Below are positions 48,848 through 58,680 of a stretch of 64,000 nt of DNA, piece after piece. The stretch comes from Phyllobates terribilis. Its lineage: Eukaryota. The DNA is taken from assembly GCF_046119375.1 (NCBI RefSeq), contig NW_027362764.1:163246001-163310000 (forward strand), given 5' to 3'. Each line of letters opens with the position of its first letter. Position 1 is the first letter of the stretch. Position numbers and translations under genes: made by a program. Under the pieces are notes generated by a model that saw nothing but the letters and a program-made list of their open reading frames with translations, made no database searches and was not told the DNA's origin.

Positions 48848-50626
48848 TCATGCTCTTTCTTGTTGGTTGGTTTCAGTTTCAGACCCGTCCGGGTCCTCTT
48901 GCTCCTCCTCACACCGCAGCTCCTCCTCCGTCAGGCGATGTACATGGAGGGCGTAGGGTCCTTTGGCACACTTGTGCCGGGTGAAGGTGACCTCGTCCCC
49001 TACATAAAGGTCACGACCTCTGTGTCCCTCCGGCAGATGGCTTTCTACGTCTCTGCGGGTGACAAAGACGTCGCCGGGGGTATGAGGGTCTCTTATGAAG
49101 CCCCACCCATGCTGCAGGTTGAATTTGATCACAGTCCCGGTGGTACGGGGACCATGAGCTGCACGGGGATTCCTCCTGGTCCGGCTCTTCTGCCCTGCGC
49201 TCTGTTCTTGCAGCCGCTGCTCTCGGACCCGCCTCTCTCTCCGTTCTCGCTCGAAGTCTGCCAACTGCTGGCGGCAGCACTCCACTCGCTCTGCTGCGGC
49301 TGCCCGCGTTTCTTGAGTGAACCCCATGAGATCTCCTCCGGTGGGGTCCCACTCGAATTGTGCTTCTTCTAGCGGGAGCGGGGTTCTCCTGACAGGCTTC
49401 GGAACCGGAATCAGGGGCTCATCTAGGGGTCTTTCTTTCCGGAGTCGGGGATGGTGAAACTCCGGTGGCCACACAAAGGGCTGCCCATCCGGGCACGTAT
49501 GCTGGGCGAACAGGTCCTCACCCAGGTGCGGTACTTTAGGTGTTATGGGCGCTGTGGTGGTAGCGGCGCCCGGGTTGACCAGGCCTTGCGACCAGGCTTG
49601 GGGCACGCTAAAGGAAAAGGGCACCGTAAGAACGGCGGCGCCCGTGGTTACTCGGCCCTGCGACCAGGCTGGTGGCTCCGCGGAGGTAGGGGGCGCTGTT
49701 GGAATGGCGGCGCCCGGGTGTACTAGGCCTTGCGACCAGGCCGATGGTATTTCCTGCTTTGCCGCGCTCAGGGTTGAGGCGCGTGACGTCACAGGGGTCG
49801 CGGCCGCGGTTTCCGGTTGAGGCCTAGTCGGCGGCGGTGACGATGCAGCGACGGGCACGGCAGGGGGAACTTCGGGCTCTGCGACGGGGAGCTGGGGCAG
49901 GCACGCGGTTTCCCGGCTCGGGGTAGAAACGTCCCCTTTACCTGCCTCCGTCCGTTCAGCTCCCTTCTCGGCGCCGTCTCCGGCCTTCAGTCCTCCTGCA
50001 CCATCCTCAGAGGCGGTCTGTCTCCTCGTCTCGGGTGGCGTGCTCCGCTGACGGGTTTCGGTCTGCTGGGCCATCTCTCGGCTCCACTCCGCCAACGTCT
50101 CTCGCTGTACCCGGGCCATCCTCCGTGCGAGGCGCTCCAGCGCAGTCTGTGCACACTCCCGGTCTCGGGGGAGCTGTGCCAGGACCTCCACTAGGCCTAG
50201 TGGGGTTGTGGCTTGTAGCAGGCTCCTGACCACTGGGTCGGTGCTGCCTGATTCTCCCTCCATCTCCGGGTAGGCTTTCTCTGGACTCCTCTCCAGACTT
50301 GTCTCCGGGTGCGCTCTCTCCAGACTGCTCCAGGCGGCACCCATCTTCGTTCGTTTGTTTAGTCTCCGCCCACATTGAGGGTGGTCCCGGGGCAACTTAG
50401 TGATTGTCAGTTCCAGGGGCAGTTCTCTTACGCTGATGGACACTTCCAGCATCACAGTCTCTGTTGGTGGGCGCGGTTTCCGCTTTTGGCGCCATTCTTC
50501 GACCTGGCCCACGATGGGAGGTGACCTCTTGCCACCCTCTGGCACGCCCATAATGGCGTCCGCTCTTCCAAGGCGGGAAATCTTCGGAAATGGCGGGAAT
50601 CGTCTCCCAGTGGCGGGAAACTCCAT
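48848..50626 (-). CDS. 592-aa protein (first in-frame AUG; frame open from 51517) with a C-terminal cold-shock domain at 48932-49138
   Basis: Uninterrupted ORF. GTVIKFNLQHGWGFI (RNP1), GDVFVT (RNP2-like), LYVGDEVTFT..KGPYALHV match the CSD pattern of Y-box/Lin28/CspA proteins. The rest is Pro/Ala-rich or coiled-coil-like. The start codon is uncertain; the AUG at 50551 has a better Kozak context. Confidence 0.8.
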   Translation of the reverse strand: MEFPATGRRFPPFPKISRLGRADAIMGVPEGGKRSPPIVGQVEEWRQKRKPRPPTETVMLEVSISVRELPLELTITKLPRDHPQCGRRLNKRTKMGAAWSSLERAHPETSLERSPEKAYPEMEGESGSTDPVVRSLLQATTPLGLVEVLAQLPRDRECAQTALERLARRMARVQRETLAEWSREMAQQTETRQRSTPPETRRQTASEDGAGGLKAGDGAEKGAERTEAGKGDVSTPSRETACLPQLPVAEPEVPPAVPVAASSPPPTRPQPETAAATPVTSRASTLSAAKQEIPSAWSQGLVHPGAAIPTAPPTSAEPPAWSQGRVTTGAAVLTVPFSFSVPQAWSQGLVNPGAATTTAPITPKVPHLGEDLFAQHTCPDGQPFVWPPEFHHPRLRKERPLDEPLIPVPKPVRRTPLPLEEAQFEWDPTGGDLMGFTQETRAAAAERVECCRQQLADFERERRERRVREQRLQEQSAGQKSRTRRNPRAAHGPRTTGTVIKFNLQHGWGFIRDPHTPGDVFVTRRDVESHLPEGHRGRDLYVGDEVTFTRHKCAKGPYALHVHRLTEEELRCEEEQEDPDGSETETNQQERA

Positions 50627-50785
50627 GGATGGCGGGAAAAAGCTGCAAATGGCGGACAACCGGCGGGAAACGACCTGTGATGGGGTCCGTTGGCGGGGAC
50701 CCTCCGGAACCGGCGGGAGACTTCTTTTTAAGGTAACGGTGAACTTCTCTTCAGGCACGCAGTACCCGGTTGTTGCGGGCACGTT

Positions 50786-50803
50786 ATCCTGCCGACTACG
50801 CCA
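50786..50803 (-). other. Primer-binding site complementary to tRNA-Ser (AGA/TGA) 3' end
   Basis: TGGCGTAGTCGGCAGGAT, 18/18 complementary to ATCCTGCCGACTACGCCA (vertebrate tRNA-Ser 3' end, from recall), 4 nt from the 5' LTR. Confidence 0.9.
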
Positions 50804-51680
50804 AAGTTGACGCGCCCCCTGGGCCAGTGTTGTTTGGGGGATACCCGGAGCCGGATCAGATGGGGGTTGTAGTCTCCGAGTGGCGGTGACCCGGTCCGTG
50901 CCCAGGGTGTCAAGCTCAGTGTGTGGCAGTCCTACGGATGTTACTGGATGTTCTTTAGTGTCGACTACGCCACCCGTTGATTTGCGGTCACTACGGCCGC
51001 CGCTGCAGCAGGGTCCGCTGAGGCTGGTGGTGTGTGTGCAGCTCAGGTAGTATAACCCCCAACGGGAGGGGTATAGCCTCAGGGGGTCAGTTGCAGAGGA
51101 TGGTGGTTGTAGAGGTGCAGTGAGGATGGTAATGAAACTCAGAGTCGGGCTGTGCAGTTCAGGGTCTTTACTTACTGCTGTTGTTCTGGTCACTCCGGCC
51201 TTGAGTGACCACCCGAGCCGTGCTGCGTCCACCAGGTCCTGGACTCGGCCAACCCCCAGGTGATTCTGGAGCGTGGTCCTGAGCTCCCTTTCTGACTTGT
51301 CCTTCTCCCTGGCCTTCCCCACCAGGGATCCACCTAAGTCCGGCTCCCTCGGGCCTCTTGTTGGTAAACCCTTGTCTCTGGGTTCCCTGACCCTATTCTT
51401 GGTTTGCCTTCCGGGTGGATTTAGTGGGTGGTCGTGGCAGATCCTGCCCACGACCTCCGGTCTCTGGCTAAGGATTAGGGCCCTCCACCAGCTTGGGATC
51501 CGGTACCCTTGTGCCAACTCTTCACCCTCTGATCTAATTTTGGGTTCTTGGAGTTCTCTCTTCTCCCCCTCTGGGTCCTTCTTTCTCCTCTCTCTCTCTC
51601 TTGGCCTTGGAGCTGGCTGAGCTGCTCTGCTTGTCTGACCAAACCTCTACAAAAGACCCTGTTCTAAGATGGTTCCCACC

Positions 51681-51687
51681 TTATATA
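51681..51687 (-). promoter_or_regulatory. Putative TATA box (TATATAA) of the 5' LTR
   Basis: Motif match; an equivalent TATAAAA sits at the same position in the related solo LTR (~7469-7475). The TSS is not demonstrated. Confidence 0.55.
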
Positions 51688-52009
51688 CTCCCTCTATGTG
51701 TGAGCTCAGGTGACCAGCACCCAATGAGCTCCTAGCTTTACCCAGACTGCTCCCCCTATCTGCCCCTACACTACTGGGATGTTCTACCCCCCCTCCCACT
51801 CCAGCCAGGGACAGACACTGTCGTACCTGCACATTTCTCTAGTGGGAGTACCATTGATCTGTCCCCCGGAAATGGGATGTATGTAGTGCATGCAGCCTAC
51901 TGAGCTCAGTTCCACACTCCATCCTTACCCGGGAGTGGAATACCACACCTCTGGCTTGAGGTGCAATACCCCTGTAGCAGCCGAATCCTCAGGGTGCTAC
52001 AATTATGTA

Positions 52010-53360
52010 TTACACGCACGCCGCTAGGTTCAGATAGGGCGAGACGGGTTTCATGAATTCTTTGGAATCCTGGCGGAACCGTTACTCAGGGCGACCATAG
52101 GCTGCAGCTTCTCTCAGGCACACGATAGATTCAATTGCTGACCAGACACATCTGATAAGAGTGTTTTTTAACAGTTTAACAGTGGAATTTAATCTGAAGC
52201 ACGGCCAGTGCAATTCAGGGATATTACGGCCACAATCTTCATTACAGTACAGAATAATAAAGCAGGCACAGTAACGTCAGTCTCTTTAGTAGCATAATTC
52301 AACACAGATTAGATCTCTTTGCAGGACACTTCTATGCATACACAACTATAGGCTTTTCCTTCACAAGGACACAATAGTACACAGAATTCTTTATCCAGCA
52401 TGGAGATGGGGGGGGGAGGGTTTGATGAAGGAGATGATCCCTGTGACACGATTCCTTTCAGTCCTTATCTTCCTGTCCAATAATACTCTGCACTGTTAGT
52501 TCAGGGAGTTTATCTGACCTGGGTTTAGTTTCTCTCCTGATCTGAATCCTGTTCAGTTGCCTTCTGTCTGATCCTGATCGTGACATGCAGAAGTAGCGCT
52601 GTTGCTTAAAAACAACCAGCAACTAGAGGGGTTAGCACAGTCACAGGAGACAGGGAGGGTTTTAGCAGAGCCCCAGGGGGGTTGTGGGGAAGTTGTTTAC
52701 TGTCTGGCTGGAGCCGAAGAGAAAGGTGGTGTATGTGTTCTGTATCTCACAGAAACACCCCTGCAAGTAAAAAGGATTCAAGTCAAGAGTGAAGCTAAAC
52801 ACAGGTCTGGTAGAGTTCTTGAACTAGCAGTGCAGAGTATTGTCAGGCAGAAAGATAAGGACTGGAAGAAATGATGTCACAGGGATCATCTCCCTCAGCA
52901 AACCCTCCCCCCCTCCTACATCTCACTGTTCTGTAAAGAATGCTGTGTTCATTAATGTGCCTTTGCATTAGAACTGTGCTGTCCTGTACTACTGGGAAGA
53001 CTGTGAACTGCTGTGCTGCTAAGGAAACTGTACTGCAATGTATGGTCGCCCTGAGTAACGGGTCCCCCAGGATTCCAAAGAATTCATGTAACCAGTCTTG
53101 CCCCTATCTGAATCTAGCAGCGTGTCTGTAGCAAGATAACACACCACCTTTCTCTTCAGCTTCAGCCAGACTACAACAACAAGTTCTCCACAATCCCCCT
53201 GGGGCTCTGCTAAAACACTCCCTGTCTACTGTGACTGTGTTAACCCCTCTAGTTGCTGGATGATTCTGAAGCACAACACTTCCTGTCTCCTGTGCTTGTG
53301 TTATTTGTAACAGTTGCTGGATGCTTTTGAAGCAACAGCACTACTTCTGCATGTCATATA
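52010..53360. repeat. Block of three interleaved inverted repeats (A B C B' A' C')
   Basis: A 52010-52105 / A' 53040-53135; B 52403-52500 / B' 52822-52925; C 52580-52740 / C' 53135-53360. Confidence 0.75.
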
Positions 53361-53799
53361 TGTATCCACACAACATTAATAACCTGAAAGTATCCCTATT
53401 AAGACTTTCCTCTCTTCCATTAGTCCAAGGCAAATTGTGACACTGTTCCAACATGCCTTGGTCTGAGGGCAGAGAGGAACATTGAGGAGACAGACTGAGG
53501 GCAGAGAGGAATGCCGAGGAGACAGAAGAGACAGTCCAAGAACAGAGGTATACTGAGGAGACAGCATGAGGGCAGGGAAGAATGTTGAGGAGACTTCCTG
53601 AGGGCAGAGAGCACTGAGGAGATAGGTAAGAATAAGAACTTAGGTTTGAAATGTGATGGACACCTGGACAGAAAATGGACAGAGCTCATTATAGTTAGTG
53701 GGGACAGTCGGGCTCTGCTCTGTGTTTGATGACAAATTCATCCCCATCGGTTTTATTGTCTGCTTCTATAATGGACAGGACTGCAAAAGCTTTTAGTAG

Positions 53800-56778
53800 T
53801 GTTGGAATATGTTTAGTGCAACTACTCCATTCCTGTGTATGTAAATGTTCTATTGCTAGGTTTGTGTATTGTCTATAAAGTTAAAAAAAAAAAAACTCCC
53901 ATAGGCTCACACACAGAAAAGACCATGTGACTGTGTTCAGTTTCCTGTGTCTGTGCATGAGAGGAGAAGCAGCCTGCTGATGCTGCACAGAGACACTTAA
54001 GATATGTATATTCCAGATTACACACATATCCTATCATATCTGTACCTGTTTATAGCTAATTAAAGCTTTGTTATGTTGTCAACACACTTTGAGAGTATTC
54101 TGAATGATCCGCTGCCAAGAGTTTTTGGGCCCAGCGTGACACAGAACCCTGGAGTGACACAGAAGAGTAATACAGCAACAGAAGTGCAAAGCAAAAGCAG
54201 CACAGAGCAACAGAGAAGATATCCACAAGCAGGGATCACTGCAAGTTCTCAGTGCAACGTCTCACCAATCAGAATTATCAATCTTAGGAATTTAAGGTGA
54301 AAATGCTGCTCATAAGAGAAGGTATGTGGAAATATACGCAGGAACAAGTGCATCATCCATTACCAGATGTTTGGCTAGAGAAGGATCAGAAAGCACAAAG
54401 CACTATCACCCTCAGTGTAGATGATGATCAGATTGTGCATATATGCAAATGTGCAACTGCAAAAGAGATGTGGGATGAATTACAGAAAGTGCATGAAAAA
54501 TCAAATCTCAGCAATAAGCTTTATCTCATGATGAAACTGTATTAGTCAAAGCTAAGTGATGGGCAGAATATGCAGGACTATATAAGAAACACCCTAGAGA
54601 TTGTGGAGCGTTTCAGGGGCATTGGAGAAGAAATTAAAGACTTTAATGTTGCAGCACTACTATTAAGTGGTCTTCAGAAAGTGATGACACACTTGTCACT
54701 GCACTAGATGCACGGCCAGATGATGAGCTCACACTAGAATATGTCAAAGGCAAGTTTGTAGATGAATTCAAGCGAAAAACACACAATGTAAGCAGCAGTA
54801 ATGAATCTAGAGCAGAAACAGCATTAAAGACAAAGGACTTTCCTAAAAATAAGAGCAATCTAAGGGAAACTCATGAATGTTTTGTATGTAGAAAGCCCGG
54901 CCACCTTAAAGCAGACTGCAGAATTTGGAAAGCAAGAATGAGTCAGCTTAAAAAGCAGAACAGTGATCAAAAGGTGAAAACAGCTGTAGGGGAAAAGTCA
55001 GCATGTGTTGAAACTGCATTTAATACCAGTACAGGCTCATCTACAAAGCATATGTGGTGTATAGACTCTGGTGCTAGCAGTCATATGACGAATAACAAGG
55101 ATTTCTTCACTGACCTTGATGAATGCAAGTCAGAAAAGGTCATCTTAGCTAATGGTCAATATGACTTCAGAAGGAGTAGGAGACGGCAACCTCCACTGTC
55201 CAGTTTCCTCAGCACAAAGCAGAAAGATCCCAGTAAAGGATGTTCTCTATGTTCCTAGTCTTGAAAGCAATCTTCTGTCAGTAAAGAAGCTTATGCAAAA
55301 AGGGACTGTAGTTACTTTTAAAGACAACAGCTGCATTATATCAAAGAAGGGTCACACTCTTGCAGAAGGAAAAATCCAAAATGAACTTTATCAGCTAAAA
55401 TGCAAAGAAAGAGTGTACAGTGCTAGACAAGATCTGCATAAGAACTGTATCCTTATATGGCACAGACGTCTTGGGCACAGAGACCCAGAAGCAATAAGGA
55501 AGCTAGGTCAACTTGCAAATGGTGTGGAAATCAAGCAATGTAGTCAAATGGTGAAGTGCACTAGCTGTCTTAAAGGGAAAATGTCCAGAAAATCCTTTCC
55601 TAAAGTAAGCACCACTACATCTGCACAGCCACTGAATTTGATACACACAGATGTTTGCGGTCCAATGAGTGTTCAAAGGATATTTGGAAGCAAAACGTTT
55701 GTGTATGTTCCCAAAGAAAAATGTTCCAAGTGGGAATCACTTGCAAAGCAAGGAGTCCTGGTGGGCTATAGCGAAACTCAAAAGGGATACAGAATCTTGC
55801 ACCGAGAGACCAACACAGTAACAATCAGCAGAGACGTAATGATTGATGAGAACTCAGTTTCGCTCAAATTCCATGAAGTTACACCAATCATTCAAGCCAA
55901 GAAACAAGATCAAGAATCTCAATCACCAAACCCAGACACTGAAAAAGAAAACACTGAAGTCTGGATAAGCTCTGAAGCCAGCAAGAAAGAAACAGAAGAA
56001 CCATGTCAACCTCCAGTCAGGAGATCAGAAAGACCAAACAAAGGTATCCCAGCTCAATGCTTTTCTTATATGGTCAGAACACTTCCTGAGCCAGAGCCAC
56101 AGTCATGGCAAGAGAGGCAAAAGCTTCCTGTCCACGAGAAGCAGAATATGTGTCAGCTGCTTATGCAAGTCAAGAAGTTATTTGGTTGAAACAACTTTTG
56201 GAAGATTTCGGCAAGCCACTAGCTCAGCCAACAGTTATCTATGAGGACAACCAAGGATGTATTAAACTTGCCAGCAGTGAGAAGATTAGTGCAAGGACTA
56301 AACACATCGACATTAAACATCACAACTTATGTGACTTAGTAGAACGTGGTGTACTAGAGTTTGTTTATTGCGAGTCTGACAAGATGTTAGCTGATGGTAT
56401 ATCAAAAACCATTGCCAAGAGCCAATTTTGAGGACCTCAGAACCGCAATGGGACTAACAGGATAAGTAGTTGTTTAGTGGGGGTGTTGTAATATGTTTAG
56501 TGCAACAACTCCATTCCTGTGTATGTAAGTGTTCTATTGCTAGGTTTGTGAATTGTATTGTCTATAAAATTAAAAAAAAAAAAACTCCCAGAGGCTCACA
56601 CACAGAAAAGACCATGTGACTGTGTTCAAGTTTCCTGTGTCAGTGCATGAGAGAAGTTGCCTGCTGATGCTCCACAGAGACACTTAAGATATCATATCTG
56701 TACCTGTTTACAGCTAATTAAAGCTTTGTTCTTTTGTCAACATGCTTTGAGAGTATCCTGAATGATCCGCTGCCAACA
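53800..56778 (+). mobile_element. Ty1/Copia LTR retrotransposon with internal deletions
   Basis: LTRs 53800-54120 and 56484-56778. 5-bp TSD AGTAG. PBS-like GTTTTTGGGCCCAG at 54121-54134. PPT AGTGGGGG. Confidence 0.95.
54250..56431 (+). pseudogene. Copia gag-pol remnant: Gag/CCHC, protease, partial integrase, RNase H tail; RT absent
   Basis: CFVCRKPGHLKADC, WCIDSGASSHM, WHRRLGH, IHTDVCGPM joined directly to RIFGS, then EAEY..IYEDNQG..RTKHIDIK..LADGISK. Confidence 0.92.
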
Positions 56779-58680
56779 AGTAGTAGTGCAAATAAATCCT
56801 TCAAAGGTTTATCTAACACTTTCTAAACTTTTCTTAATATGACTAGGAGAGAATAAAATGGTAAATTGGTGTGGCTGTGGGTGTGGTTAAGGGTCAGTTT
56901 CTCACGGGACCTCATTCTTTTCTCCGCCCTTGTAAGATGCTTTCACAACCATCTCCAACAATTTTTCCAAACATCAACCATCCTCTGGAATTTATGGAAA
57001 AACATTCAGACTGAGGGGACGGAGAGGAAAGATATACTGCAGAAAGTGCTGTATATAGAGTGGACATAAAAGAGAGATATACTGCAGGATGGGCTGTACG
57101 CAGGGGGCTGAGAGGATATATTGTTGTATGGGGCTCTGTGTAAGGTGCTGAGCTGTGTTTGTTGCCTGCTGATGAGTGATCAGTGAAGTAAAATTGCAAA
57201 TACCAACCTATTGATGCATATGACAGAGGATTATACCTGTGATATGTATCAGTAGAGCTGCGTTTGCAGTTTCACATCACTGGTCTTTCAGCAGCAGGCA
57301 ACAAAAGCAACTCTGCACTGCTGTTGTGGAGAATTGTAGGAGAGTTGAGCGCTGCTATAACCAGCTAATGATGTAAAACCACACAGACAGCTACAGTGAT
57401 CTAGATGACAGAAGATAAATCAGTCAGGCAGGGAACTGTAGAGGAGCAAAGAGTGCACAGAGGCATAAGGTCTATCTACCCTTAGACTTGCTTGGTGATA
57501 GCCTAGAGAAGTGGGGCTACTCAGTAGGACACATGGGAGGGAGAGTTATGCAGCATTGAGGAGAAGCAAGTTCTGCTGGGAAATGTAGTTTAATTCAAAT
57601 TACAGAAGGACCGCCTATTCTGCTGTGAGAAGCTGGTTCCACCAAGTAACAGATAGAGAAAAAAGGCAGAAAAAAAATGTAGATTTTAATTAGTATGTAT
57701 ATTAACAATATGTATACATTTACTATTCTTTATGAAAAATAATGTGGTTCTAGAAATAACCCTTTAAATCAAGAAAATTGAGACATTTAAGCTGTGCACA
57801 GCGACACTAACTTCTGGGAGGGATTTGTATAAATTGAACCCCTTTTAAAGTTCCACTTGTGAAATTGCCCCACAAGAATTAGGACTGTTGGCCAGTATTC
57901 AATTATTACTGGCTTTCTTATTTTGAAAGCTCAATCTATTGTTGGTAGGCCTGAAACTCACTTTAAAATTAAAAAAGCATGCCTCATCTGGAGTGAAATA
58001 ATATTTTTTTGCTAGATATTTTAAGAACATTAGGTGTCACTTCAGCGTTTTATGACCTACATAAATAGACTCAGCCTGGGGCTTTATGCCATTACATGGA
58101 CATAGAGCTCCTTGTTGACTACTAATATTCATTATCCATATATTATTCCCATTTATTATTATCAATTATTTAAACTAAAGATCATAAGCCAGTGGAAAAC
58201 TGCAATGAGTCCTTTATTTCATAAAGCAAACAGAAATAGAGGTTTTAATAATTAAAGCTGTTTATTCAGTAAATGCAACAATAAATGTCAAAATTTCACC
58301 CATAAAAGACGATCATTAACATTTGCTGTTACATTTATGGGACTAAAACAATTGGCTGAGATTGAAGGAAATATATTTATAATTGGGCAAGACTAGTTTA
58401 GGTATTGCAATAACTTTTTCTAGATTATGATTGATTAAATACACAATACCTCTATACCTCCATACAAGTGTATGGAGAGAGGCGGCGCCCACTGGCCAGG
58501 GGTATGTGTAACTCATATATACCCTCTGGTCCTGGGTCAGAAACCGGCAAATCCCCACAGCGCCCAGTGCGTGGGCTGGGGGGATTTATAAGTCTGCAGT
58601 CACACAGAGTGACTGACCTTTAAAGCAGATCTGTCCTGTTCAAGGATACCATTTTATGGGCACAGGCAATAGATGGTAAC

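Larger units (their letters stand above)
47210..52001 (-). mobile_element. Young LTR element lacking gag/pol motifs and encoding a cold-shock-domain protein
   Basis: 1194-bp LTRs 47210-48403 and 50808-52001 with five differences seen by eye. Flanks ATAA/ATTA (imperfect 4-bp TSD). PBS 50786-50803. PPT AGGGGGAA at 48404-48411. Confidence 0.95.

Noticed and set aside
48932-49138. Bacterial cspA contamination or a processed host YBX/LIN28 retrocopy
   Set aside because: The domain is fused in a long ORF between paired LTRs with PBS and PPT. It lacks the near-invariant Y-box CSD sequence and Lin28's CCHC knuckles, and has no poly(A) tail.
53440-53640. Purine-rich GAGGAGACAG/GAGGGCAGAG repeats as a G-quadruplex or regulatory array
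   Set aside because: Degenerate simple repeat without regular G3 runs; nothing supports a function.
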